Assembly (NCBI GenBank): GCA_963775685.1
Contig: CAVZJV010000014.1
Coordinates: 1,856,001 to 1,920,000, forward strand
Source of the DNA: Candidatus Bathyarchaeota archaeon
GTDB lineage: Archaea; Thermoproteota; Bathyarchaeia; Bathyarchaeales; Bathycorpusculaceae
DNA length: 64,000 bases
Reading direction: 5' to 3'
Both the position numbers and the translations under genes were made by a program. This document shows positions 10,186 through 19,790 of this stretch, one piece after another. Positions within the stretch are counted from its first letter, which is position 1. The number at the start of each line of letters is the position of its first letter. Under the pieces are notes generated by a model. The model saw only the letters and a program-made list of their open reading frames with translations. It searched no databases and was not told the origin of the DNA.

Positions 10186-10442
10186 CTGAGACGTTTCTGC
10201 CCAAAACCTGTCGCCAACCAAACATAGCGCCCGCTTCCTTTCCGCTCGACTGTACCTTCGTCTTTTAGCAGCCGAAGATGATAAATTACAACACCATACG
10301 ACAAACCCGATTCCTTAGAAATTTTGCAAGCCGCAAAACCCTGCTTCTGAAGCAAAACCAAGATTTTTGTCCGCGCCAAAAGACCACAATGTACGTTTCT
10401 CGTATTCTTTAAGTAAGCGTTGGGATGCATGGACTCTTTGAT
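10182..10442 (-). CDS. Small winged-helix (ArsR-like) protein
   Basis: SGLSYGVVIYHLRLLKDEGTVER; first ATG at 10430, possible ATC start at 10442. Confidence 0.75.
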   Translation of the reverse strand: MKESMHPNAYLKNTRNVHCGLLARTKILVLLQKQGFAACKISKESGLSYGVVIYHLRLLKDEGTVERKGSGRYVWLATGFGQKRLS

Positions 10443-10495
10443 GCTTCTCTTCCACCTTGAAATATGAGTGCAGGTTACCCATTGAAAAGCTTTAG

Positions 10496-13400
10496 CTAAC
10501 TAAAATCGAAAAGCTTGGCCTGCTTGGGCTTTTTGTTATCAAACATCATAGCTATCTCTTCCTTGATAAGATCCATTCGCTGCGTGTAATACTTTGGCAA
10601 ACCATACTTGTCCACTAACTGTTGAGCTGCAATGAGATACTTCTCTATGCCACCTCGATAAACTGTAAGAGTTAACTGTCCACCGCAAAACGGACATTTA
10701 CCCTTAAGCGGCAGACGACGAAACTTTTTGTTGCAGGATTTACAGCGAAACCCCTGAGTTGAAAAAGCACGCATGTTCCCAGCGATGTCACGCATAAAAT
10801 GAGTATTGAGAACTTTAAGCGCGACTCGCCTTGCATCGACCGCGTCAATCCGCTCGCCCAGTTCCAACTGCATATGAAGCTTGTCTATCATGGACTTGAA
10901 TTCTTTGTAAGAGCTGTTGGCGTTGCCGAGGTTGATGTTGGTGCATGGAGTAGTGTATTGGAAGCCTTCATACTGGGCTTCTGTTCCCAATCGGTGACTG
11001 ATAACATCCATTAAGGCGCTTGCAGGCCTAGCATCAGACTTCTCCAAAGTCTTCTTGTAAAACTCGATTGGATAGGTCGCACTCACGTCAAAGTCGTGGG
11101 CTTGTCTTTGCACTTCCTTAGTGTTCACAAAGGGAATAAGCAAGATGGGCGCATCCATGATTCCGCCTATTTGTGCAGGCAAATAGATTCGTGAAAAGTT
11201 GACAAGCGTGTCCAACGCAAGCATGATTGCATCTTCGTCACCATCGCAGTCCCGACGCTTAGCCGAATGCCAAACAGGATGAGCATAAATCACATTTCTG
11301 TCAGTAAAGCCAACTACTCTGCCCAAAATGCAAGCACACGTGTGCGGCGCCAACCCAAAAAGCAAATGCCCAACCATATCTTCAGCTTTCTTAACGTTGT
11401 AGAAGGCAGATTGCTTGTACACCCGGGTTAAGAGGTCGTCGATGAAAGAGGCAATTTGAACAAAGTATTCACCTGCACTCCAAGGAATAACGACATCTTG
11501 GATTTTTAGTTCACAGACTTGATTAGGTTCAGTCAGTGGCAATCCATGCGTGTCCGCGAGGTAGCCCATCTGACGCATCTTTTCGACAGACACACCGATT
11601 TCGAAAGGTGTTATGTGTGTTAAAGGGGCGTTTGTGGCATCGAAGCGTATGGTGCCGTCTTTATAGACAGATAATCCATGCTTTGCCCGCAAGATTCCTT
11701 TTTCGATGATTTCGGGGGTCTTATCTGAGTTGGTTAAACCTTTCACTCCTCTCAACATTTTGGGTGCGTGGTAACCGATGTTGATTGATGCTTTGTCGAT
11801 TTGTTCTTTGAAGTTTATGGGTTGCCGCTGAAAGAGAACTCCATCTGTTTTGCAGGTTGAGCAGCCGCTGTCTTTAACTATTCTTCCACAGCGTGGACAG
11901 CTCTTCTCGGGAACAGTTTCACAGCCACAACTGTCGCAAACGATTTTAAGCGTATAGACTTTGCAGCTGGGGCATTTACGTTTAGCTAACTCGACAAAAA
12001 CTGGACCTTGTCGCGCTGCTTCCATCAAGTCACGGTGGGAGCCGCCCTTTAAACCAACCGGAAAAAGCACATGAACATTTGGCTTCATTTCGCGATGTTT
12101 AGCTTTCTCGGGTCTACCCATGCGTCCGCCCACGTATGTTGGCGCTTTATCTTTAACCTGCACACCCGATAGCAGAGTCAGCAACTCAAGCACCGAATCC
12201 GCTTGCAAAGGTTCAGTAATCCTTGAAGTGCCATATCCAAGAGTGAACCCGAAAGCAGCCGCGTCCTCGCCATACAACACGACATTGGAGTCAACGATCT
12301 TGTGGGGCAAAAAGACTTTTCGAAACGAGGATAGGACTTCATCATTAACGGGTCCCGTGATTTTAGAAGCAACCCCATCTTCAACGCAGACGTCACAGCA
12401 AACCAACCACTTTTGCAGGGATTCAACCTCTTGAACTGTTTCTAAGCTGGTCCAAAAAAACGTGCAACTCGGCGCTAAAGGAATGCCCAATCTTTGGCTA
12501 AGCAGTATCGCTTCTTTAACTGTGGGCTTGTTTTGGAAAGGGTCAATAAAGAAACTTTCAAGCTTCTTAATTGAAAGCTTGCACGCGTCTGCAGCTTTTC
12601 TGTTGTCGGCGCCGAATTTTCCTAAAACTGCTTTTTGCAAGTCTTTTGACCACCATTCCTCCACGTAACCAGATGGGAGAAGTGCCTTGTTGCAATAGAG
12701 GAAATCGCCAAAATCAATAAGCATGTCACCTAAGAAGAGGATTTTCTGAATCTTTCCTTTAACATCTGCGAAGTTTTCGAGGGAAACTCGAACTACTGAG
12801 TTATCTTTAAGCAAGACCACGGGTTGCTCGATACTGTCCACGGGCATTGTGACTCCGCCTTTGCCAGGTAATTCCAAACGCATCTGGGTGCCAGCTGCAA
12901 GGAACCCATCGACCACAAGCATCGTGGCAGGATGAATACCTACTGCCGAGAGCCCAGTATTTCGAGACCTGCCATATCTTAACCTAAAACCTCCCCGAGT
13001 AGAAGGAAAAGAGAAGATAGGACGTCCTGCGATAACATCGTCCATAAAGCCTCCGGATTTTTTCTCAGATTTCTTCTTGAACTCTTTTAGCCAGTCCCAG
13101 CCCTGAAAACCCAGCTTGTCAATGATTACATATACTTTTTGGGCGCGTCCCACAATGCCATCATTTACAACACGAAGTGCGCCTCCTCGCACTCGATTTG
13201 TTTCAACTCTCTGCAAGTTTCTATAAGATGAAACCTCTACAGGATCTGATTCTGTTCCTGTGCATTCCACAGGAATCAGGTTTAGTGCTTTTCGCAGTTC
13301 CCCATCAGGGATGTGATATTGAAAGCGTCCTACTGAACGTTCATAGAGTCTTAGTTCTTCTATGAAGCGGGAGACTTCATCTTCTGTAGGCTTATACTTG

Positions 13401-13921
13401 TCTAGGTTCAGCTCGCGACGAACATAATCTCCTACAACCAAGGTTAAGGCCTGGTCTGTGCCACCTGCTGAACGGATAGGCCCAGCGAAGTATATGGCAA
13501 GGTAACGTGTTCTGTCGGCGTTTGTTTTAATTTTTACTTGTGCGATGCCTTGAATAGGGGCTGCAGTTAGGCCTTCTGTGAAGATTGCTAAGGCAGTTCG
13601 AATTGCTTGTTCAGCCAATTTCTCTTGATTAATTTTCTCTTGATCCGTTTGGGCGAATTTGCCTTGGGCAATTTCTTGAGCCACCTTGAAAGCAATTTCT
13701 TCACGTGGTATCTTGTTGCTGAGTTCACGGATACTTAAAGCAACGCCCTTGGGTCCTACTAAGCCTTCCACTAAGTCAGCAATATCTTGAGCTTTAATGC
13801 ACTCTGTTTTTAGGGCTGGATCAAGACCTTTGGATCTGGCGCTGTCGCTTATTGCATATAGGAGCTTTAACTGGTTTTCCAGTGTTTCAACGTATTTTTG
13901 ATAGCCCTTGCTGATATTCAA
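10496..13921 (-). CDS. polC: DNA polymerase D large subunit DP2
   Basis: AGPIRSAGGT, FRLRYGRSRNTG, RRDCDGDED catalytic motif, C-terminal Zn finger and PIP-like QAKLFDF. Confidence 0.98.
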   Translation of the reverse strand: MNISKGYQKYVETLENQLKLLYAISDSARSKGLDPALKTECIKAQDIADLVEGLVGPKGVALSIRELSNKIPREEIAFKVAQEIAQGKFAQTDQEKINQEKLAEQAIRTALAIFTEGLTAAPIQGIAQVKIKTNADRTRYLAIYFAGPIRSAGGTDQALTLVVGDYVRRELNLDKYKPTEDEVSRFIEELRLYERSVGRFQYHIPDGELRKALNLIPVECTGTESDPVEVSSYRNLQRVETNRVRGGALRVVNDGIVGRAQKVYVIIDKLGFQGWDWLKEFKKKSEKKSGGFMDDVIAGRPIFSFPSTRGGFRLRYGRSRNTGLSAVGIHPATMLVVDGFLAAGTQMRLELPGKGGVTMPVDSIEQPVVLLKDNSVVRVSLENFADVKGKIQKILFLGDMLIDFGDFLYCNKALLPSGYVEEWWSKDLQKAVLGKFGADNRKAADACKLSIKKLESFFIDPFQNKPTVKEAILLSQRLGIPLAPSCTFFWTSLETVQEVESLQKWLVCCDVCVEDGVASKITGPVNDEVLSSFRKVFLPHKIVDSNVVLYGEDAAAFGFTLGYGTSRITEPLQADSVLELLTLLSGVQVKDKAPTYVGGRMGRPEKAKHREMKPNVHVLFPVGLKGGSHRDLMEAARQGPVFVELAKRKCPSCKVYTLKIVCDSCGCETVPEKSCPRCGRIVKDSGCSTCKTDGVLFQRQPINFKEQIDKASINIGYHAPKMLRGVKGLTNSDKTPEIIEKGILRAKHGLSVYKDGTIRFDATNAPLTHITPFEIGVSVEKMRQMGYLADTHGLPLTEPNQVCELKIQDVVIPWSAGEYFVQIASFIDDLLTRVYKQSAFYNVKKAEDMVGHLLFGLAPHTCACILGRVVGFTDRNVIYAHPVWHSAKRRDCDGDEDAIMLALDTLVNFSRIYLPAQIGGIMDAPILLIPFVNTKEVQRQAHDFDVSATYPIEFYKKTLEKSDARPASALMDVISHRLGTEAQYEGFQYTTPCTNINLGNANSSYKEFKSMIDKLHMQLELGERIDAVDARRVALKVLNTHFMRDIAGNMRAFSTQGFRCKSCNKKFRRLPLKGKCPFCGGQLTLTVYRGGIEKYLIAAQQLVDKYGLPKYYTQRMDLIKEEIAMMFDNKKPKQAKLFDFS

Positions 13922-14019
13922 GTAGATAGCTCACATGCAAGATATGGACATATGGGTTATTTTGGCTTTCTAAAGCTTAAAGAAAAACCTAAGTTGAAAG
14001 TTATAGTTAACAAAAAGTT

Positions 14020-14766
14020 TCAGCGAGTTTTTATCGCCGCAATTATTTCAGAGATTCTTTGATTAGCATCGCTTGATTCAGTGATGTTTCCAGTTACGAT
14101 TATGTCTGCTCCAGCCGAAGCCGCAGTGAACGCCTGCTCTTTGGTCTTTATTCCGCCGCCAACAATGAGCGGAATGTCTATTAGATGCTTTACTGCCCGA
14201 ATCATTTCAGGAGGCACCGGGTTTGTTGCTCCGGAACCACCTTCAAGATAAATGAAGCGCATGCCGAGGTATTGACCTGCTAGAGCATGAGCAGCTGCAA
14301 GCTCAGGCTTATTGTACGGCAATGAAATAGCTTTTCCAACTATCCCAGCTGTTCCTCCATCGCCGACAATTATATAGCCCATAGCAATCGGTTCTAAACC
14401 GTATTTTTTTACAAGTGGAGCGCCCAAGATTTGGGCGCCTATCAGGAAATATGGATCAACCGAATTTAAAAGTGACATGAACCAAATTGCGTCTGCATGG
14501 CTACTTATTCCAGTTACGTTATTTGGGAAAAGAATTGTGGGAATGTCTACCTCGGATTTAATGGCTTTCACTATTTCATCCAAGTGATTCTCAGAAACAA
14601 ACGTTGAGCCCCCTATCATTATAGCGGCCGTTCCGCTATTCTTGGAGCTTTTAGCAATCCGCGACGCGGCCAAACCAGTTACTTTTTCTGGGTCTATTAG
14701 GGTTATGTGAATTGAGCCATCTGTTTTTATTTTTTCAAGCAAGTACCTTTCAATAGGCCCAGGCAT
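14020..14766 (-). CDS. Geranylgeranylglyceryl phosphate synthase
   Basis: HITLIDPEK, IMIGGS, YLEGGSGA, VGGGI, ADIIVTG. Confidence 0.94.
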   Translation of the reverse strand: MPGPIERYLLEKIKTDGSIHITLIDPEKVTGLAASRIAKSSKNSGTAAIMIGGSTFVSENHLDEIVKAIKSEVDIPTILFPNNVTGISSHADAIWFMSLLNSVDPYFLIGAQILGAPLVKKYGLEPIAMGYIIVGDGGTAGIVGKAISLPYNKPELAAAHALAGQYLGMRFIYLEGGSGATNPVPPEMIRAVKHLIDIPLIVGGGIKTKEQAFTAASAGADIIVTGNITESSDANQRISEIIAAIKTR

Positions 14767-14782
14767 ACCAATAATCCTTCAG

Positions 14783-15052
14783 TTACTCTTTTTTCACGCT
14801 TGTTACAGGCGTTCTTTTTTGTGTACCATAAACACGGTCAGTAAGCATGCAGTACACGTCAACTTCGCCTTGTGCGGATTTAATTGTGAATTCTTCCTTA
14901 AGACCACAGCTACTGCATTGTGCAACAGAATGACCACCCTCTTCTCTTATAATTTCCACTTTCACGGTCTCTTTTCCGCATCTAGGGCATGAGAAGAACT
15001 TCGGTAAACGTTTCTTTGGAATATGGACAACTTTTTTTCTTCTTCGCCCCAA
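14783..15052 (-). CDS. elf1: Transcription elongation factor Elf1
   Basis: MGRRRKK, FSCPRCG, CSSCG, VDVYC. Confidence 0.9.
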   Translation of the reverse strand: MGRRRKKVVHIPKKRLPKFFSCPRCGKETVKVEIIREEGGHSVAQCSSCGLKEEFTIKSAQGEVDVYCMLTDRVYGTQKRTPVTSVKKE

Positions 15053-15149
15053 TACAACAACCTTCTACATCGTCTGGTTAAGCTCATAATATTTATGTTT
15101 GTCCTTAAATACTTGCCTACTAACCATCAATAATGAGGCTGCATGGTAA

Positions 15150-15992
15150 GTGAAATTAACGCCTTCCCTGTTAGAGATAGATTTTTCGGAGACACAAACT
15201 AGAATCTGCCGTTTCATAAAACAATACGTGGAAAACGCTGGAGCAAAAGGAATCGTTCTTGGTCTCTCTGGAGGAATAGACAGCGGAACCATAGCGGCAC
15301 TGTCAAGCCTTGCAATAGGAGGCGAAAACGTCCTGGGGCTTATGTTGCCTGAAAAGGAAAATTTTAACCAAAAAGACATCGACGACGCCAGAGCCGTTGC
15401 AGGCCAATTTCAATTGGAAACCCATGTCTGCGACATGTCAGAAGCACTTAACGGATTATATGGGGCCATTCCTGCTTTTGACAAAGCCAACAAGCTCTGC
15501 AAAGGAAACGTCAAAGCACGAACAAGAATGATTTTTCTCTACTACTACGCCAACAAACAAAACCGAGTCGTCTGCGGCAGCTCCGATAAATCCGAAACGA
15601 TGATGGGCTACTTCACCAAATGGGGAGACGCCGCAGCAGACATCGCTCCAATCATGGATTTATACAAAACGCAAGTCCGCAAACTCGCAATGCATCTTGG
15701 AATCCCAAAGGAGCTCTCCATAAAACCCTCCACTCCAGCGCTTTGGCCAAACCAAATGGCAGAATCTGAGCTTGGAATCAAATACGAAACCTTAGACCTT
15801 ATTCTCTATGGACTCGAACGGTTCATGGAACCTCAGGAGATTGCCAATCAACTGGGCATAAAGATCGTTATGATCGACCAGATAAAGACTCGATGGCTTG
15901 CCAATGAGCATAAGAGAAGAATGCCCCTTGCTCCTAAAATTGGGTATAGAACTGTGGGAAATGATTTTAGGCTTCCAAGACACACCTATTGA
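15150..15992 (+). CDS. nadE: NAD+ synthetase (synthetase domain only)
   Basis: LSGGIDS, GNVKARTRM, GYFTKWGD, LYKTQV. Confidence 0.96.
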   Translation: MKLTPSLLEIDFSETQTRICRFIKQYVENAGAKGIVLGLSGGIDSGTIAALSSLAIGGENVLGLMLPEKENFNQKDIDDARAVAGQFQLETHVCDMSEALNGLYGAIPAFDKANKLCKGNVKARTRMIFLYYYANKQNRVVCGSSDKSETMMGYFTKWGDAAADIAPIMDLYKTQVRKLAMHLGIPKELSIKPSTPALWPNQMAESELGIKYETLDLILYGLERFMEPQEIANQLGIKIVMIDQIKTRWLANEHKRRMPLAPKIGYRTVGNDFRLPRHTY

Positions 15993-16002
15993 GTGGAAAA
16001 GG

Positions 16003-16836
16003 ATGAAGGATAAAATCAAACTTGCTTTGTGCCAAATAAGCAGTAAGCGGGAAGACAAAAACGAGAATCTGCGTAAAATTGAAGGCTTGACGTTAAAAGC
16101 TAAACAGAGGGGGGTAGACTTAGTGATTTTTCCCGAAATGTCACTTACAGGCTACGTGTTGCACGACCAAGTCTACGAGTTAGCAGAAACAATTCCTGGA
16201 CCCACAGTCCAAAAAGTTGAATTGTTAGCAAAGCAAACAGGGATGCACATCATTTTTGGAATGCCTGAACGAAGCGAGAAAACCCATGCAACAGTCTTTA
16301 ACACAGCGGTCTTTGTTGGTCCAAAAGGGCTAATCGGTAAGTACCGAAAGATGTATTTGCCGACTCATAGCGTGTTTGAAGAAAAAAGGTATTTTCGTCC
16401 AGGCTATAAGCCAGCCGCTTTTGAAACGGACTTAGGAAACATAGGTTTAAGCATTTGTTATGATGTTTTCTTTCCTGAAGTGTTTAGACTAACACGTCTT
16501 AAGGGTGCTCAATTAATAATTTGCATTTCTGCTTCTCCAGCTGTGCGAAGGGGGTACTTTGAAATTTTGACATCTGCTCGGGCACTAGAAAATACATCAT
16601 TTTTAGCCTACGTTAACCTTGCTGGTGTCGAAGAAGGCTTGCAATTTTGGGGAGGAAGCCGCCTCGTCTCTCCAACTGGGGATGTTGTAGCTAAGGCAAA
16701 GTACGATGAAGAAGACTTTGTTGTGGCTGAAGTCGATTACAGTGATTTAAAGACTGCTGAAACCTTCATTCCGACCTTAAGAGACCTGCGGCCTGAACTT
16801 TTCGCCAAACTGAAAGAGTATTCAGAGCGTCTGTAA
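16003..16836 (+). CDS. Carbon-nitrogen hydrolase (nitrilase family)
   Basis: Glu-Lys-Cys triad: FPEM, KYRK, ICYD. Confidence 0.92.
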   Translation: MKDKIKLALCQISSKREDKNENLRKIEGLTLKAKQRGVDLVIFPEMSLTGYVLHDQVYELAETIPGPTVQKVELLAKQTGMHIIFGMPERSEKTHATVFNTAVFVGPKGLIGKYRKMYLPTHSVFEEKRYFRPGYKPAAFETDLGNIGLSICYDVFFPEVFRLTRLKGAQLIICISASPAVRRGYFEILTSARALENTSFLAYVNLAGVEEGLQFWGGSRLVSPTGDVVAKAKYDEEDFVVAEVDYSDLKTAETFIPTLRDLRPELFAKLKEYSERL

Positions 16837-16837
16837 C

Positions 16838-16973
16838 AAATCACAACAAACTGCATTGCCATAGGTTGGTATCACAGATGAATCACAACCCTGTGATGCG
16901 AATGTTTAAACGTGAAAATCACATGATTTCTGCGCGATCGGTGACGTCACGGGTTTTTTCATACTAAGTCACA
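16838..16973. repeat. ATCAC/GTGAT motif cluster 1 with GTGACGTCAC palindrome
   Basis: ATCACA/TGTGAT near 16840, 16871, 16882, 16892, 16918; GTGACGTCAC at 16941-16950; GTCACA at 16968. Confidence 0.75.
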
Positions 16974-17334
16974 TGTAAGATAGTCATGCAATAAAGTTCG
17001 CATTGCGAGAAGCACAGAAACTGTGTTTTGTTCGACATGAGTCCGAAAAAAAGGGAATAATTAGGGGAAGGTTCATTTGAAAAAGTGTATTTTTCATGTA
17101 AAGTTTAGCCTTAATTGGTTGATGAATAATCAAGATTTTTGTCGTTTTAATGTTAATCGACCACAAAACAACTCAAAACTGCCGAAAACACTTGTTTTAG
17201 CTTTATTTTACTTTTTAGGCATTATTTAGTCGCTTAATTATGCAAGATATGTGTTTTGGCGCTCGGACAAAAGTTAAAAAGTCGACAATGTCTACAAAAC
17301 TGTATCCATTCAAAGGATAGGGAGAAGCAACGAA

Positions 17335-17814
17335 ATGAAACTAAAAGACAGCGTACAAGCATGGTTAAACGGGGCTTTAAATGACCCAATTGTACAAATA
17401 CTGGCTAAAAACAGCCAATTAACTAAAACTCAGCTTGAAACATTCCTTATAGACGTTTTAGCCGAAAATATAGCGGGAAAACAGCTAAATTACGACAATA
17501 AAGCAGCTTTAAGGTTAACAAAGGCCAAAATAAGCCGCGGAAGTTTTAATAGGACTTTAAAACAGTCCAAAGAAAATGTCATAAAATCCATCTACACAGT
17601 ACTCCTTTTGGGATATTTAGGAGTATTTGAGAGCACAACTCTCGACCCCTATCTCGAAATAGCTAATAAACTGCACGATTATGTGGAGGCACACCAAGAT
17701 GTACCTAGCAAGGAAGAAGAACTAAAAGACCATCTAAAAGTTATAGAAATTATTCGAGAGGAGCTCGAAACAAGCTTAAAACGTCTTTCCAGCCCATCTG
17801 ACGGAACTCTGTGA
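17335..17814 (+). CDS. Uncharacterised origin-proximal protein, possible HTH
   Basis: 159 aa with GGAG SD; LTKTQLE...ISRGSFNRTLKQ resembles an HTH recognition helix. Confidence 0.7.
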   Translation: MKLKDSVQAWLNGALNDPIVQILAKNSQLTKTQLETFLIDVLAENIAGKQLNYDNKAALRLTKAKISRGSFNRTLKQSKENVIKSIYTVLLLGYLGVFESTTLDPYLEIANKLHDYVEAHQDVPSKEEELKDHLKVIEIIREELETSLKRLSSPSDGTL

Positions 17815-18115
17815 CGTCACAAATCACAGATCAATCATCTTTCTTATTTAATTTAAATACCCTTTTAAAAACCCAACAATATACCTAAAATTATGGTTAA
17901 ATCAGCTAAATAGCTTCAAATTGGATTGATTTTAGTAGCAGCAATATAACCTAAAACCCAACAGAACGCATTTGTGATGCGTGATATCATATCGAATGAA
18001 TGTTAATATCACCGCAAACCTTAAAAAGTCCATGGAACAACTGTGATGTGTGATGCAACCAATCAAATCACGGGTAAATCACCGTTAAATCACAATCAAG
18101 GGGTGGCAAATCACG
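17810..18115. repeat. ATCAC/GTGAT motif cluster 2 with helically phased direct repeats
   Basis: TGTGACGTCACA 17810-17821; GTGAT/ATCAC near 17823, 17974, 17981, 18008, 18043, 18050; AAATCAC at 18065, 18076, 18087, 18108. Confidence 0.8.
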
Positions 18116-18895
18116 GTTGACATTGGAGCAATACTCGCAAGCATTTTACTTGTTGTGACAGCGGTAGCTTCTTTTGAGTATTATAATCAGATCCGAAAGG
18201 CGCATAAAGAGTACATTAAGGCGCGAGATTTTATTGAGGATATTGTACTAAGTTTCAATCGTGAACTTAAGCGCAATGCGGATAAGTTTGAATCTATTGC
18301 TTTTAAGGTTGAAGGAACCACGTCGAAGGCAGACGCAAGTCTAAAAATAATCAGTAATGTCGAGAAGCGTATAACACCCTTCGAAGAACAACTTGCGACA
18401 ATTAGTCAATCATATCAAACAATGTCTCAGATAGTCTCTCAAAACCTGACGGAGAACTCTCAAAATAGTACCAACATATTGTCTGGATTAACAGGTTTGG
18501 AAACAAAACTTAGAGACATTGAAGCAACCCAGGAAACTTTGCGAAACAAAATTACCGATTTTGAAGATCAAGTACAAAAGATAACGATTGTCCAACCTCA
18601 GGAAATTAAAACTCAAATGGCCCTACCACCTATTCCAATTAAACGCGACAAAGCATTGGCTGCACTAACAGACACAGAAATAGCAGTATTGGAAATGTTA
18701 TTAAAGGACGGTGCAAAGACGGCGCCTGAAATCAAAGAGATAGTCCATCTAAGCAGAGAGCACACAGCTAGGCTGATGAAAAAGCTATATGAAGAAGGAT
18801 ATCTTGAGCGAGAAGCAGGCAAAATTCCTTTTCAGTACAGTTTAAAGAAGGAAATGAAAACCTTACTTCAGAAAGCAGAAAACCCCTCTGCGTGA
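18110..18895 (+). CDS. Predicted TM anchor + coiled coil + C-terminal winged-helix protein
   Basis: Frame is open upstream of GTG 18155 and adds the hydrophobic ITVDIGAILASILLVVTAVASF; heptad-rich middle; LTDTEIAVLEML...TAPEI...LSREHTARLMKKLYEEGYLER wHTH. Confidence 0.75.
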   Translation: MTVDIGAILASILLVVTAVASFEYYNQIRKAHKEYIKARDFIEDIVLSFNRELKRNADKFESIAFKVEGTTSKADASLKIISNVEKRITPFEEQLATISQSYQTMSQIVSQNLTENSQNSTNILSGLTGLETKLRDIEATQETLRNKITDFEDQVQKITIVQPQEIKTQMALPPIPIKRDKALAALTDTEIAVLEMLLKDGAKTAPEIKEIVHLSREHTARLMKKLYEEGYLEREAGKIPFQYSLKKEMKTLLQKAENPSA

Positions 18896-18943
18896 GAATA
18901 AATTAAATAGTTTTAGAGTAGCCGGTTATTGTGTTATTATTTT

Positions 18944-19375
18944 TTATTTTATGCGTTGCTTTATTGTGGCTTGGGAAATGTTTGGCGCTGACTTATATTT
19001 CAAGTTATTTTGCCCACCGGTTCGAAAAAGCATACCTTTGGCTGCCATTCTAGAAAGATAAGTGGAGACTGTGCTGAGGCAAACTGGTTCCTTGAGTTCT
19101 TGTTCATAAATAGACTGGATATCCTTGGAGGAAAACCAGATTAAGGGAAAATTCTTCTGGATAATTAATTGGACTTTCTCGAAACGTGATAGAGCCTTAT
19201 TAGGCATAACTGTGCTTGTATTCATAATCGGGCTCTCTCCAGGTGCACCTCCAAGCAATTCCACTAGATCCAAGAGGCGAAGAGCTTTATCCCGGGTCAC
19301 TTGACCCTCAAATGCAATGGTATATCGATTACCATCACTATCGAACAGCTCAACGCGCATTTTACGAGCCGGCAT
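18944..19375 (-). CDS. Origin-adjacent winged-helix protein
   Basis: WFSSKDIQSIYEQ...LSTVSTYLSRMAAKGML wHTH; small N-terminal beta domain; divergent from cdc6. Confidence 0.75.
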   Translation of the reverse strand: MPARKMRVELFDSDGNRYTIAFEGQVTRDKALRLLDLVELLGGAPGESPIMNTSTVMPNKALSRFEKVQLIIQKNFPLIWFSSKDIQSIYEQELKEPVCLSTVSTYLSRMAAKGMLFRTGGQNNLKYKSAPNISQATIKQRIK

Positions 19376-19396
19376 CGGGAGTACACCTTAAGGTTG

Positions 19397-19790
19397 CTCA
19401 CATTTACACTTCACACCTTAAAGCTGTTATGGTGAAATGAAGTAACTGAAAAAGGCAATGTAATGCTCATATTTTATAAATCAGACTTTTTTGAAGTGTT
19501 TTCGCTATTACCAGCTTCACAGATAAATGAATAACCAGAAAACTTTGTGTTAAGCCTTGGTTCATGTTTTCCAGTAGAAGTGAAGGGGTGGCTTATTCAC
19601 TTGTGAAAGACAGAAAAATGGTAATTTATAGGAAAATGAGCTCATTAATGCGGCAGAAATATTGATATTTCATATGAATTCACAATTTTGTGAACTTAAA
19701 AAGGCCGGGAATTTGAAAATAAACACTTTTGGTTTGCTTGGAGTAAATTGTTGATAGTTTATGGTTAAGTGAAGCAACTTGTCACTTCTA
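19397..19790. repeat. TTCAC/GTGAA motif cluster in left half of origin region
   Basis: CTTCAC 19409 and 19515; GTGAA 19432 and 19580; palindromes TTCACTTGTGAA 19596 and TTCACAATTTTGTGAA 19679; AAGTGAAG...TCACTT 19767. Confidence 0.6.

Noticed and set aside
10496-13921. Intein in DP2 (or in Cdc6)
   Set aside because: Lengths are normal, motifs are contiguous and there are no intein terminal signatures
16838-18115. CRISPR array
   Set aside because: Repeats are 5-12 bp and irregular, with no repeat-spacer periodicity and no cas genes
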